Assembly (NCBI GenBank): GCA_951406725.2
Contig: OX597836.1
Coordinates: 124,001 to 188,000, forward strand
Direction: 5' to 3'
Source: Octopus vulgaris
Lineage: Eukaryota
DNA: 64,000 bases
The notes under the pieces were generated by a model. That model ran no database searches, had not been told where the DNA came from, and was given only the letters and a program-made list of their open reading frames with translations. Positions 1 to 14,077 of this stretch are shown piece by piece. A program made the position numbers and the translations under genes. Numbering within the stretch: position 1 is the first letter of the stretch; each line of letters opens with the position of its first letter.

Positions 1-1418
1 AGCACCGAGACTGGTTAGATTCTAATGATATGGTAATAAATGACCTTTTAGCAGCAAAGAGATCCACTCATGAAAAGCTTCTTGACCCAAACGTAAAGAA
101 CAATGTGCAACTAGAAATGTTGTACAAGCCTCAGAATGCAGGCTTGCAAAAAGAATTTGGGAGGCTAAAAGACATTTGTTGAAGAAATTTGTCTGAGGAA
201 GTACGGGCGGCCTATGACAAGAAAGACATTAAAGAGTTTTATAGTTTATTGCGACAAGCTTTTGGACCCCAGTCTTCCTCATATGTTCCCTTGAAGTCAA
301 AAGATGGAAATGAGGTTATCAAAGATCCTCCTTGAATAATGAATAGATGCAGAGAACACTTTACAGATCATTTCCACTATACTTCTGTAGTGAACATAGA
401 TATCATAAACAACATTCTGCAAAGAGAGATAGTGCAATACATGAACAATACACCTTCCATTGAAGAAGTAAATCTAACATTATATCAAGTGAGATCAGGT
501 AAAGCTCCTGGATTGTATAGTACTTTAGTTGAAATCTTGAAAGCACGTGGGGATCATATTTCATCTGAAATTCATAGCCTGATACCTTGAGTTTGGAATG
601 AATCTTTTGTCACAGGAATGGATAAATGGCATTCTAATCTCTATTTACAAGGATAAGTACCAAAAGCAGTGTGTAGTAATTCTAGAAAGATAACTCTCCT
701 GGCACATACTGGGAAGATACTTTCAAAAATCATGTTAGATAATTTCGTTGAAAATGTGTGTCCACATGTGATTCTCGAAGAAAAGTGTGCTTTCAGACCT
801 GAACGAGAAACAATGGACAAATTTTTTGCCTGGCAGGTTCAGGAGAAATGATTAGGGGAACAAATACCACTCTACCAGGTCTTCCTAGATTTACTAAGGC
901 ATTTGACACAGTAAACAGGGAGGCACTATAGATTGTTTTGTGTAAACTTGGTTGCCCAACACATTTTGTGAGCATCTTTAAGGGACTACACAGAAACATG
1001 AAAGCTCGGGTAGTCATGAATTTTTGGTGGACAACGGTGTCAAACAGAGAGATATTTCTGCCCCGACACTTTTTTCTATTTCTCTATTTTGCAGCATTGC
1101 TCTGGTATGCTTTCAAGGATTGCAACAGGGGAATCGGAATCAGATTTCGGACATTTGGTCGTATTTTTAATTTGATCCGGTTTAACTGCAAAGTAAATAT
1201 TTTCAAAACACTTGTCAGAGAATTACTTTACTCTAATGATGCTGATTTGTTGGTACACTCAGTGGAGGTATATGCAACATATAATGGACAGATTTTCCAC
1301 TGTATATGTATATTTCGGACTCACAATTAGTCTTGGGAAAACCAAAGTAATGTTTACTCCTGCGCCAGGACAAACATATTCTAAACCAAACATTTTTGAG
1401 AATGGAACAAGGGTGGAG
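1..1418 (+). mobile_element. RTE-clade LINE fragment (ORF2 linker and RT), frameshifted
   Basis: ORFs 339-590, 669-851 and 938-1330 give TPSIEEV..SGKAPG, ITLLAHTGKIL, LGCP.HFV, RFRTFGRIFNL and RELLYSNDADL; ORF 1212 continues FGLTISLGKTKVMF. These are typical RTE RT motifs. Confidence 0.9.
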
Positions 1419-1975
1419 AATAGAACACTCAGAACCTGCCACACATATACCTTTCTCGCCAAGTATTTGGACGATATCCTAACCCTAACCTCATCTCAAG
1501 AAGACGCCTCCACTATATTGGAGAAGTTCAATAAGATAAACCAACATATTAGCTTCACCATTGAACACCTAACACTAATGGTTCCCCCATCTTTGCTCGA
1601 CTTTCGGCTAAATATCATGGACGAGGGGAAAACTGATACGGTGTTCTACAGAAAATTAGCTTGCTGGGACCTCTTCATCCACTATAAATCAGCCCACCCT
1701 ATCAAGGCCAAGATGATCTGCGCACATAACGAGATCGCCCGGAAACGCAAAAGATGCAGTGACAACACCAGCCGGGACGCACATGTTACTCAGTTCCTAA
1801 AGATACAGAAACACAGGTCAGCTAAACATCACAAGGGGGATCTCTCTAAAAGCTGTTTCCTGAAAATTCCTCACTGCAATGAGAATACCTCCTCCTCCAT
1901 TTAGAAGATTATCCGCAAGGAAGGTCTCGACATTCGGTTTGCCCATTCAGGAACACCGGCAATTTACTCATAAAA
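1419..1975 (+). mobile_element. Penelope-like element RT/thumb fragment
   Basis: Second half of ORF 1212-1904: KYLDDIL, ISFTIE, LLDFRL, FYRKL, IHYKSAHP, matching the PLE pattern YVDD..FT.E..LD..YRK..H..S.HP. Confidence 0.8.
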
Positions 1976-2312
1976 GAGGCTCTGCTGATCCACCGCCTCA
2001 ACCAGAAAGATCGGAGTTGAACATCTCCCCTATGACAGCATCCGGCATGTGTTGAATGGCCCACAACAGCAGCTGAGATTTGTTTACACTAACACTCGGA
2101 TAGTCGGCAGCATTTAAAGGGTGATTACTACTGTTACTGCTGCTACTACTACTACAGATGGTGTGTAGCTTATAGCAACAGTTGAGGGTTTGCATCAACG
2201 TGTGGAGCGTCGATTACACTTACGTTTGGAGAGTGACTGCTGCTGTTACATAATGCTAGGGAATTTGAGTTAACGGAACCTACAGAGCTGGACTTTTCTC
2301 AGACTGTTCTTT

Positions 2313-2350
2313 TCTTCAGATGATGGCCCTTTGCGCCTGAAATATAAAGG
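2313..2350 (+). ncRNA. degenerate minimal type I hammerhead ribozyme (PLE-type)
   Basis: tctt-CAGATGA-t-ggc..gcc-t-GAAA-tat-a-aagg. One core change (U4 to A). Lies downstream of the PLE RT on the same strand. Confidence 0.5.
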
Positions 2351-3635
2351 TTTTATTAAACTTTCCACATTGTAAGGAAGCTTTCTATTTTCTCTCTTTT
2401 CAGTTTTTCGATATTACAAGGCTTCAAGCGAACTACAACGCTCTTACACACACACACACACACACACAAAAGAATGGAGAGTGCTGAAACAGGTAGTGAA
2501 GGGGAGGTTCAGGGGTAAAGTACGAAGAAGACCATAAGGTCTTCCACATACCTTACTATTGAATTTTCCGCTTCTCTCCTCATTTCTGTATCCCCCAATT
2601 CCTTTATGCATATCAATATATTAATTTTCAAAGACGTTCATCTCTCCATTCACTCACTCAATGTCAACATATCCTTATATCATCTGCAAACAACTGTTCT
2701 ATTCCATAGTCCTGAAGGGCTCCCTATATCTATCAATGTTCTCAGTGTTCTGTAACAGATAAAGCTTACTCTACATAAAATGTATCTTTAATATTCTTTC
2801 CAACTCTTATATCACTATATACATACATAGATATATATACACACACAGACACACACATATATGTATGTGTATGTATGCGTGTGTGAGTGTGCGTGCAAGC
2901 GTGTGTGTGTATGCGTGCGTGTGTGAGTGTGAGCGCGCGGGCGTTTAAAATACACAATCCAAAAGTGTTCTGTGGTGGTCAGCGCCGGCAAAACTTTTAT
3001 TATTTGGAAAAATGGGCAAAGAATGCAGTGAAATTTCCGTGGGAAGTTGAGTACATAGCGTTTTGGACAGAGTTCTTTTCCCAGCGTGATGATGAAAGAA
3101 AAGAAATAAAAGGCAACAGATTTTTATATCCGTTTTGCTTGAGAAACTGGTTGCAAATGATCGGAAATGCAAGCTAGCATGAGTTTTATACCTAGAGGAA
3201 GTGAGAGAAGGAATGAGGAATGAGAAGAGAAAGAGAAGCGGGAGATGGTGAGTTGGAGAGAAAAACTGAGGTGAAAAGTGAGCTGAAGGATAGGAATAAG
3301 ATTAGCGAGACCCACATTTCTTAAATGTAGAGGAAATAAAACTCTTCTATCTTTCTTTTATTTTCCTGTTGTTATTTTTACTTTGAAGGACTCTGGCCGA
3401 AACGCCGGATACTCCCTCATCACGGCGATTTCACTGTAATCTTTCTTTTACCTTAATGTATATGTGTGCACGTGTCTGTATGTGTATGTATGCTTATATA
3501 CATATTCATGTATGTCTATGTGTGTATAAATATATGTATATGTATATATATATGTGTGTGTGTATATATCTGTATATATATATAGAAATATATATATAAT
3601 TATATAGAATACTTAGAGTTAATATATATATATAT

Positions 3636-3861
3636 ACTCTTTACTCTTTTACTCTTTTACTTGTTTCAATCATTTGACTGCGGCCATGCTGGAGCACCGC
3701 CTTTAATCGAGCAACTCGATCCCGGGACTTATTCTTTTGTAAGCCCAGTACTTATTCTATCGGTCTCTTTTGCCGAACCGCTAAGTAACGGGGACATAAA
3801 CACACCAGCATCGGTTGTCAAGCAATGCTAGGGGGACAAACACAGACACACAAACACATAC

Positions 3862-3896
<35 letters not shown>

Positions 3897-4064
3897 ACAG
3901 GCTTCTTTCAGTTTCCGTCTACCAAATCCACTCACAAGGCTTTGGTCGGCCCGAGGCTATAGTAGAAGACACTTGCCCAAGGTGTCACGCAGTGGGACTG
4001 AACCCGGAACCCGGAACCATGTGGTCGGTAAACAAGCTACTTACCACACAGCCACTCCTGCGCC
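3636..4064 (-). mobile_element. tRNA-derived SINE, family A (full length)
   Basis: Head ggcgcaggagtggctgtgtgg..ggttcagtccc (A/B-box like), internal (TA)/(TG) tract, tail ggcggtgctccagcatggccgcagtc..gaaac plus (aaagagt)n. Near-identical to 13163-13575. Confidence 0.9.
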
Positions 4065-4121
4065 TATATATATATGCATATCTATACATATATATATACA
4101 TACATATATATACATGTATCT

Positions 4122-4207
<86 letters not shown>

Positions 4208-4329
4208 CATATGCATATATGTATATACGTACACACACACACACACATATGTGAGATAATTTCTTTAATATTTATTAGAAATTAAAAGGCAAACATGGTT
4301 TAAATTTTCAATCCGGAAGTCTCTATCCC

Positions 4330-4716
4330 ATCTAGTCAACTCGTTAGAAATAGGTGCTAAATATCCTTCAAATGGCATTTTCCCATCATAAATTCATTTA
4401 AAATGAAGGCCATTTTAAACATAATATTGATGCTATGCAAAACACGTGTTGCTTACGGCTGGAACCCTTTTGGTCAGAGTTCGTCTCTGTCGGAACTAAC
4501 CTTCATCTAAATAATATCAGCGTTACGAATGGAACTATGCGTGAGCTTTACATAACTCGGTCGCTTGATCTGCTAGAAATAGCTACAATTTCCATCAGTT
4601 ACATCCTGTAGCCATAAAATTGTGCTAGATATCCCTAAGATGACGCAACAATTACACTTGAAATACCTTTTATAATAGCTTTGCTTGACCAGGGTTGAGT
4701 TGGACCTAAACAACAG
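4330..4716 (+). repeat. two adjacent old interspersed repeat units (gctagaaatagc family)
   Basis: The motif ggtcgcttgatctgctagaaatagc..ctaaacaaca recurs in divergent form near 25620-25830 (-), 29120-29380 (-), 30710-30900 and 38685-38870. Confidence 0.5.
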
Positions 4717-5453
4717 AGTTTTATGTTCTTCTCTAAATGTGGTTAACTGAAAGATAGAACCTCAGAAAACGAAACACACACACACAAAAATTACTAAATG
4801 AAGGCGAAAAATAATGAATAAAAACAAAAAACGATCATCATAAACGAATTAACTCACAACTGTCTGGAATGTTCGTTTCCTTTATGAATAAATGAGTAGA
4901 AAGAATGAATGTCATCATGGATACAAAAATAGTTGGATGAAATCGAGCTGCAAACATACACACATACACACACACATACACACACTTACATACATACATA
5001 CATATATAATTATATATAAACACATACACCACTTACAAACATATGTGTATATGTATACACGATACATTTATACATATATCAATGTCTGTGAGGTATGTAT
5101 AAGTTTATGTGTGTGTATTTGTGTGTGTGTGTGTGTGTATGTGTGTGCGTGTATGTGTGTGTGAGTGAGAGAGTGGGGAGGCAGAAAGGGAGAAAGAGAG
5201 AATTAGAAAAAACAAACTGATTGAAATAGAGAGCAAAACAAGGCCTAAATGGCGAAGTCCCAAAAGCTTGAGAAGTGGAGCTACATTTCTTCTTCTTCTT
5301 CTTTTGTTGTTGTTGTTGTTTATGTAGTGATCAAAGGTTTCGCTCTAGTAAACGCTGGACAAAGAATATTCAAGGAATGTGCACACACACACACGCGCTT
5401 GCGTCTATCTCTCTCTCTCTCCCATCCCTTTCTCTTTCTCTTACTCGATATAT

Positions 5454-5782
5454 ATTCTTTTATTCTTTTGTTTCAGTCATTTAATTGCGGCCATGCTGGA
5501 GCGCAGATTTTAGTCGAACAATTCGACTCTAGGACTTATTCTTTGTAAGCCTAATACTTATTCTATCGATCTGTTTGTCGAACTGCAAGCTTACAAGGAC
5601 ATAAACACACCAACATCGGTTTTCAAGTGATGGTGAGAGGAGACAAACACAGATTCGCACACAAATATATACACATATATATAATATAGGATGGGCTTCT
5701 TTCAATTTCCGTCAACCAAATCCGCTCACAAGGCTTTAGTCTGCCCGAGGCTATAGTAGAAAACACTTGCCCAAGGTGTCAC

Positions 5783-5784
<2 letters not shown>
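5454..5784 (-). mobile_element. SINE family A, 5'-truncated divergent copy
   Basis: Aligns by eye with 3640-3990. Confidence 0.85.
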
Positions 5785-5859
<75 letters not shown>

Positions 5860-6000
5860 TGTGTTGAAGCATATTTTATTGTATCGTTCTGTTTTAATAT
5901 CTTATTGATCAACACACTCACCGGTTCGATTTCCACTCATTTACTTATGTTTTCTAAAATTTTCGTTGCTTCTTGCAACCTCTTCAATAGTCGTTGACTC
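5860..6000. repeat. unclassified ~140 bp dispersed repeat
   Basis: Core acacactcaccgg..ttccactcattt..taaaattttcgttgc.tcttgcaac; also at 34015-34145, 54563-54697 and partially at 28382-28435. Confidence 0.7.
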
Positions 6001-6309
6001 TGTCCGTTATCGGAGCTGCGTTCTTTTTGTTTGTTCGTGCACATGTGTGCGCGTCAGTGTGCATGTGTATACAAACATGTATGTATGTATGTATGTATGT
6101 ATGTATGTATGTATGTATGTATGTATGTATGTATGTATGTATGTGTGTGTGTGTATGTATTCGTGCGCGTATGTATGTATGCGTGCGTGCGTGTGTGTGT
6201 ATGCATATATATATGTATTCGTATATGTACGTTTGGATGTATGCATTCTGACTACATTTCTATGCACCTTTTGCTGTAGATTAGATTTCTAGTTCACAGC
6301 ATAAGGTGA

Positions 6310-6575
6310 AAAGTGGGTGCTTGTAAACACAAGAACGTGACATGCATTGGTGAAACATCTCGAAGCATTGCGCAGAGACTCAATGGACATCTGAGACAAT
6401 ACGATGACAAAAGACAGTCCTCCATACTCTACTAACATGCCAAAGATCAAAATGGAGGTACATTGGGTCGACTTGACATCCGCATTTTATCCAAACACCC
6501 AAAGGACTCAACACTCAGACAAATACAGGATTACGTTCTCATAAATGAAACATACCCAGTACTAAATAGGAAATA
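6310..6575 (+). mobile_element. Penelope-like GIY-YIG endonuclease fragment
   Basis: Manual translation: GACKHKNVTCIGETSRSIAQRLNGH..SILY*HAKDQ..LRQIQDYVLINEN (the YIGET.R..R..H pattern). Confidence 0.7.
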
Positions 6576-6654
6576 TACATAGAAGGTAGTGATACCCCAA
6601 TACCACAGTATATATATATACACAGGTAGATTTGCTACTAGGCTGTTAGGTAGA

Positions 6655-6728
<74 letters not shown>

Positions 6729-6748
6729 GGTATACATACATATACATA

Positions 6749-9230
6749 TGATAGCCGTTCACTCGTGACCGAGGAAGACCATTGCTGACCTTCAGGAACA
6801 TTGTGCACTCTAGGACTAACTTCTATTTTGCATTTGCGGTTCCGTTGGTGGCTAATGAGCCCTTCTCTTGACAAGCATACACGACTGAAAACATTGCAGA
6901 CCAATCTTTCCCCATTCACTACACCAGCAGTGCGCCTTCGAGCAGCATGCTTAAGTTCTTCATGCTGAATACGTGCACTCTCAAAAGTGTTGACCCCATC
7001 CTTAACCTGCTTCTCCTAGTCAGTTTCCTGCATATCACAAACCTTTAATGAGGACTTGACACAGTCCTTAAATTGCAGCCTTGGTTTCTGCCGGAGTCTC
7101 TTTCCATCCACAAGTTCCCCATATAGCATCTACTTAGGGATACTGCTATCCTTCATTCTAATAACGTATCCAGTCTAACGTAACCGGTGCTTGTGCACCA
7201 TCGCCTCAATAATCAAGATATCAGCTGTCTTCATGACCTGTGTGTCTGGAGTTTTTAAGGTCCAGCCAACATTTAGACTGTGTCTCAGACATTTCTGATG
7301 AAAGCATTCAAGGACCCTTACATGACATTTGTATAGGGTCCATGACACACATGAGTAAAGGAGCGATGTTAGTACACATGCATGGTACACAACAATTTTT
7401 GTTTGCTTGTGATGCTATGCTGGGACCAGACACAAGACTGAAGAGACCGAAAGGAATCAATTGCTCTCTTCAGCCTGAAAGATATTTCATTATCCAAGGA
7501 GCAAGAACGGCTGAGTGTGCTGCCCAGGTAGACAAACTTGTCTACCACTTCCAGAATTGTTCCTTCAACAAAGATAGCTGGTTCCACATATGGATTTCCT
7601 GGTGCAGGCTGGAACATTACAACAGTCTTGTCCAGGCTAGTGCTGAGTCCAAATGTCTTGCAAGAAGCAGAAATATGATTCATAAGTATTTGCATGTCAT
7701 CCACTGTATGAGTGACTAAGTCACAGTCATCTGCATAAGGGAGGTCACGAATAAAAGACTGGAAAACTTTCGAATTGGCAGCAAATCGGCGCAGGTTAAA
7801 GAGGCGTCCAGAAGATCGATATCTGATATATATTCCTAGAGCGCTAACCTTAGCAAAAGCATGAGTAAAAGCAACAGCAAAGTACAACGAAAAGAACGTT
7901 GGGGCAAGGATGTCACCCTGCTTGACACCATTCTTTACAGGAATGGGCCCCGCCATGCCACCACCAACATTGACCCAAGCCTCCATCCCATCATGAAATG
8001 ATTAAATTATAGATACAAAGTGATCCGAACATCCAATTTTGCCAAGTATTTGCCATAGTAAGGCCCTATTCACAGTATCAAAGCCCTTAGTTAAATCAAT
8101 GAATACCTGGACAAGATCCATATTCTGCTCATAGTACTTCTCCTGTATTTGTCTTGCTGTGAAGATCATATCCATTGTTCCTCTACCAGATCGGAAGCTA
8201 TATTGAGATTCAGACAGGACATCATTTACGAGACACCCATTCAGGCGAGTAAGAAAAATATTTGCCAGAACCTTGCCAGCAGCTGATAGTAGAGCAATAC
8301 CCCTGTAGTTACCACACATTGTTCTGGCTCCTTTTCCTTTATAGGAAGGAAGAATAATTGCATCCTTCCAGTCCTTAGGTATCGCACCATCCCTTCAGAC
8401 TGCACTAATAAGTTCATGAAGGGACTGTATGATGTAATCACCATCAAATCGCAAGACCTCAGCACAAATTTCATCCTTTCTATGTGGCCTACCAAGATTC
8501 AATTTACTTATTGATGTCATTACTTCATCAATTGAGGGCGTCGAATTCAAGAAGTCAATGATAGGTCTTTGTTGCATAGTATCAATCACTGTTTCATCCA
8601 CAACTAATTCATGGTTTAGGAGTTCATGGTTTAAGAGTTCATCGTTTAGGAGTTCATCGTTTTGGAGTTCGATTCAGCGACTTGTGATTTAGTAATTAGA
8701 GTGGAAGACTCCTTGGAAAGCAAAAGAGCTGATGTGGAGCTCTTAGGCCCATAAACTTGCTTCATAAGATGGTAAAACTTCTTGCTGGCATTTGCATCAG
8801 CAGCAGCCTGAAAATCACGAGCAAGATCCTCCCACCAAGTGTTCTGCATCTTCCTGAGGGATCGCTGCAGTAGTGATTTTACACTGCTATAGTGGTTAAG
8901 TGCTAGATTTCGCTGCACAGCAGGAAGTCCTCTGTGTAGCAATACTTGGTGGGCATGGCGCTTTACAGCCAATAGGCACTGAACTTCAGCATCATTTTCA
9001 TCAAACCAGTCTCTATGTCTGGAAGTAGCATATCCCAGTGTTCTAGCAGCACAATGAAGGACCTGGACTCGAAAACCTTCCCATACAGGGCAAGTGAGTT
9101 TGAAGCTCTTTCCTCAACACAGCATCATATATCTTGGGGACATTCAGACGCCGCGGAATGCTGACTGGCCCTCTTCTCTCTTTCACTCTAATCATAATCC
9201 GGAACTTTGCTCCACAAGAGATTAGCAGCT
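6749..9230 (-). mobile_element. RTE-clade LINE, 5'-truncated, with RT and 3' end
   Basis: ORFs 8002-8319, 7369-7986, 7175-7390 and 6638-6919: NYRGIALLS, FIDLTKGFD, GVKQGDILAP, PYADDC, FVYLGSTLS, and C-terminal C..F.RVC.SR.GL.SH. Confidence 0.95.
8608..8670. repeat. 15-bp tandem repeat x4 inside the RTE
   Basis: Units of ttcatggtttaggag start at 8608, 8623, 8638 and 8653. Confidence 0.9.
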
Positions 9231-9738
9231 TGTAGCTATATATTAAGTACATAAACTTGGACAAAGTTGAACTGGCCCATTTAATTGGGATAATAGTGCA
9301 TATGCTGATACTAGAATCAATTAATAAATTAAAATGCTTTCTTTTAATCTTATGTATGTATGTATATATATGCAAATCTGGACACCAAACCGTTAATCTG
9401 TTAATCGTAAGTTAACGAAGTTAACATTTTCGTTAATGATTTAACTTTTAAGCCAACTTTGGAAATCTTTTTCGACTAAACAAATTTCAGGTTAAAAAAA
9501 GGTACAAGTTAAGTAAGACTTATTTCTGGGTAAAAAAATTGTCCTGATTCTGATTCTGACCTTTATTTCTCCAGATTAGGCACCGTTTTCCTGTACCATG
9601 AACGATATGTTTTATAATATACTGCATAATATTGCGTATTGAATACAACATTGCAAATACTGAAAGTTACAAAAAACAAAACAAAAATTTAGTTGGTTGA
9701 ACAAAACATTGGTTATGAATTAAAAACACACCTGTCAG

Positions 9739-10604
<866 letters not shown>

Positions 10605-11053
10605 CTTTGATACTTTGATAGGTTTCGGCCATTATTGGCCCAGGCCATGTCTAACTTAATAGCACCACCTGGTGAAGTCTTTCAAGTCAGAATTTGGGCA
10701 CTATGGCCCATTCAAGTAGAGAGTTATTGTTTACAGAGACATATCCGGGTGCAGGGGGTTTATCCGGGATTTCTTGAAGGAATCTGTCCAAAGACTTCTT
10801 GAACCCTATAGGGTCAGTTTCTTTTTTAATGTGTTTTGGTGTAATGTTAAAGAGAGCGGGGCCAATTGAGGTGAAATAATTGTGCCGTATTGTTGTTATG
10901 CGATGGGAGTGCGATTTTTGTTTTGGGCGGATGGCACGGGGCCCAAGCCTTGGATGTACCTTAAAGGTGATGCCAACATCATTTGGGCAATGCTGATGGA
11001 ATATTTTCCACATCATGCAGATGATGTAGCGCTCACGACGACGTTGGAGAGAA
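10605..11053 (-). mobile_element. CR1-clade LINE 3' end
   Basis: [32 protein letters not shown], then a 3' UTR ending in (atcaaagt)2. Confidence 0.9.
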
Positions 11054-11218
11054 TACATACATATATACATACATATATATATACATATATATATATACAT
11101 ATATACATATATACATACATACATATATACATATATATATACATACATATATACATATATACATACATACATATATACATACATACATATATACATACAT
11201 ACATATATATATATATAC

Positions 11219-11310
<92 letters not shown>

Positions 11311-11346
11311 TACGTTCATATATATATATATATATATACATACATA
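11054..11346. repeat. (TA)/(TACA)n microsatellite
   Basis: Read directly. Confidence 0.95.
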
Positions 11347-12468
11347 TTTTTTGCCGTTTCAGCTCAGAGCTGCGTCCATGCTGATGCACCGCCGTTTTGT
11401 GCTACACTGTTATTACGAAGAACCTCCTCTAATATGTGGCACTTGGTGAAGAATGGAGTTTGACATAGCTACTCTCATTTGCACTTCTTGCCGTGAGGTA
11501 GGTTCATCTGGGACTCTCGACAGGAAGATGTCCAGCTTTGATTTAAAAACCGCTACATCTACTTTGTGCAAGTTCCTCAGACTCCTTGGGAGAATATTAA
11601 AAAGCTGTGGGCCCTTGAAACCCAGGCTGTTGCAGAAGCTGGTCCTGAAGCGTGATGGCATTGCTGGGATCTTTGGCACTATGCAGTGTCGTCCCGTTCT
11701 AGCATTGGTGTAGCTTACAATGCCAAAATTTGGCACAATTCCTTCCAGGATCTTCCAGACATATATTACTGCATACCTTTCCCGTCTTCTCTCCAGGGAG
11801 TAGAGTCTTAGCTGTTTCAACCTTTCCCAGTAGCTGAGCTGTTGCAAAGAGACGATCTTCTTTGTGAATCTTCTCTGAATTGCTTCAAGGTCCGCTGTTA
11901 ATTTTACACTGGTGGGTGACCATAGCTGTGAGCAGTAATCCAGGCGGCTGAGGACGAATGTCCGCCAGAGGACCATCATGGTTTCCTTATCTCTGGTTCT
12001 GAATGTTCTTAGGATCCATCCATCTGCACTTTGTCGCCATCCTGGTAATGTGCACTTGGAAAGAGGTATCATCACTCATGTCGATACCCAGGTCCCTCAC
12101 AGACTTAGGCTCTGGGATTGAAATTCCTTGTGGACCGGTTTAATATTCAGTTTTGGATGCTGGTAGCGCAGGGCCTGGAATTTCTCAGCATTAAACTGCA
12201 TATTATTATCCTCAGCCCATCTGTAGATTGAGTCCAACTCCTGCTGCAGATGTGCAACATCGCTGGGGTTCTGTATTTTCTGCGAGACTTTCGTATCGTC
12301 TGCATAACTTGCCAGAGTGGCTATCCGGGCATTTGAGGGCATATCTGAGAGGGCCACTATAAAAAGCAGTGGTCCCAAGACAGTGCCCTGTGGAACACCG
12401 CTCACTATTTGTGTGTTCATAGAGGTGGCTCCATTAACCACTACTGCCTGACTCCTATCTTTCAGGAA
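11347..12468 (-). mobile_element. CR1-clade LINE, 5'-truncated (RT C-terminal half and 3' UTR)
   Basis: SGVPQGTVLGPLLF, YADDTK, MQFNAEK, SRLDYCSQLWSP, YSLERRRERY. Confidence 0.95.
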
Positions 12469-12618
12469 TATATATATGTGTATATATATATACATATATA
12501 CACATATATGTATATATATATACATACACATATATGTATATATATACACATATAAATAAATAAGTTGGCATTAATAGATATGTATATATGTTAATATATA
12601 TATATACATATATGTGTG

Positions 12619-12675
<57 letters not shown>

Positions 12676-13162
12676 TTATTCACATATATACATATTTATT
12701 AATGCCAACTTAGTTATTTCTTTTGCATAGAAAACGTTGCTCAGTGATCCGTTTCCTCCCTATCTCGAAAGAATGGCGCTATTGATAGATGTTAAATCTT
12801 CAGGTCAGAGTCGAAGTTCAATGTCCGTAGGATAGAAGGTCGAGATCACCGGGTCATTCGTCTTGTAACCTGATAATTTAGGTCAAATATGGATTACATG
12901 ACCTGTAATATGAAACTATATCCAGTGTACAGCTAAATATGAAGCTAAATCCGGTGTGAATTTAGGTGACGTCTAAAATTATCTGACAAAGCTACGGTAA
13001 CATTTTTCCTTCTAACAGAGTTACATCTGTTGCACACACGACCTTCAGTTATATGAAAAATAAGAGAATTTATTTGAATACCTACCTACCTACCTACATA
13101 CGTACTTATATAATGCGTAAAATATGCACACACACACATATAGGCGCAGGAGTGGCTATATA

Positions 13163-13575
13163 GGCGCAGGAGTGGCTGTGTGGCAAGTAGCTTGCTAACC
13201 AACCACATGGTTCCGGGTTCAGTCCCACTGCGTGGCATCTTGGGCAAGTGTCTTCTGCTATAGCCCCGGGCCGACCAATGCCTTGTGAGTGGATTTGGTA
13301 GACGGAAACTGAAAGAAGCCTGTCGTATATATGTATATATATATATATGTGTGTGTATGTGTTTGTGTGTCTGTGTTTGTCCCCCTAGCATTGCTTGACA
13401 ACCGATGCTGGTGTGTTTACGTCCCCGTCACTTAGCGGTTCGGCAAAAAGAGACCGATAGAATAAGTACTGGGCTTACAAAGAATAAGTCCCGGGGTCTA
13501 TTTGCTCGACTAAAAAAGGCGGTGCTCCAGCATGGCCGCAGTCAAATGACTGAAACAAGTAAAAGAGTAAAGAGT
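13163..13575 (+). mobile_element. SINE family A (full length, young)
   Basis: Reverse complement of 3636-4064; preceded by a 20-bp-period duplication of its own head (13141-13160). Confidence 0.92.
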
Positions 13576-13599
13576 ATACACACATGCACTCACACACAT

Positions 13600-13900
13600 A
13601 CACATATGGTTACGATAATTATTTCGCAACCATAAGATCTTGGGTTTTATTCTATAGCGTGACACCTTAGGCAAGTACATTTACCGTAGCCCCAAGACTT
13701 GTGAGGAAATTTGGGTAGACAAAAGGTACATAGAAAGCCGTCAGATGTACCGTACCTGTAATACAAAGTTCCAGCCGTGTGCTACCTGTGTCGTGTTAAT
13801 TCTAGCTGCAAATTACAATAAAGTTAGTTTCCTGCAGAATGCTCAAACACTTCGCATGCTAAATTAATTAGCAGATTGTCAGTGAACGAGACGTCATCAT
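13600..13900 (+). mobile_element. old SINE related to the family A head
   Basis: gcgtgacaccttaggcaagt..cttgtgag..tttgggtagac; 3' part resembles 35750-35870. Confidence 0.55.
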
Positions 13901-13902
13901 AG

Positions 13903-14008
<106 letters not shown>

Positions 14009-14077
14009 GAAAAATAAAATGAGACAACAAAGCCAAGGCAGTATGAAATTTCTAGGACATTTATAAAGAGAAAGGTA

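Noticed and set aside
3050-3410. Two further hammerhead-like strings (3052-3090 minus; 3381-3410 plus, ggactctggccgaaacgc)
   Set aside because: Cores and stem I are too degenerate to call.
9390-9480. Cluster of gttaa repeats suggesting a DNA-transposon subterminal region
   Set aside because: No matching opposite end found.
13163-13235. tRNA genes
   Set aside because: The tRNA-like sequences are SINE heads continuing into SINE bodies; no complete cloverleaf was evident.
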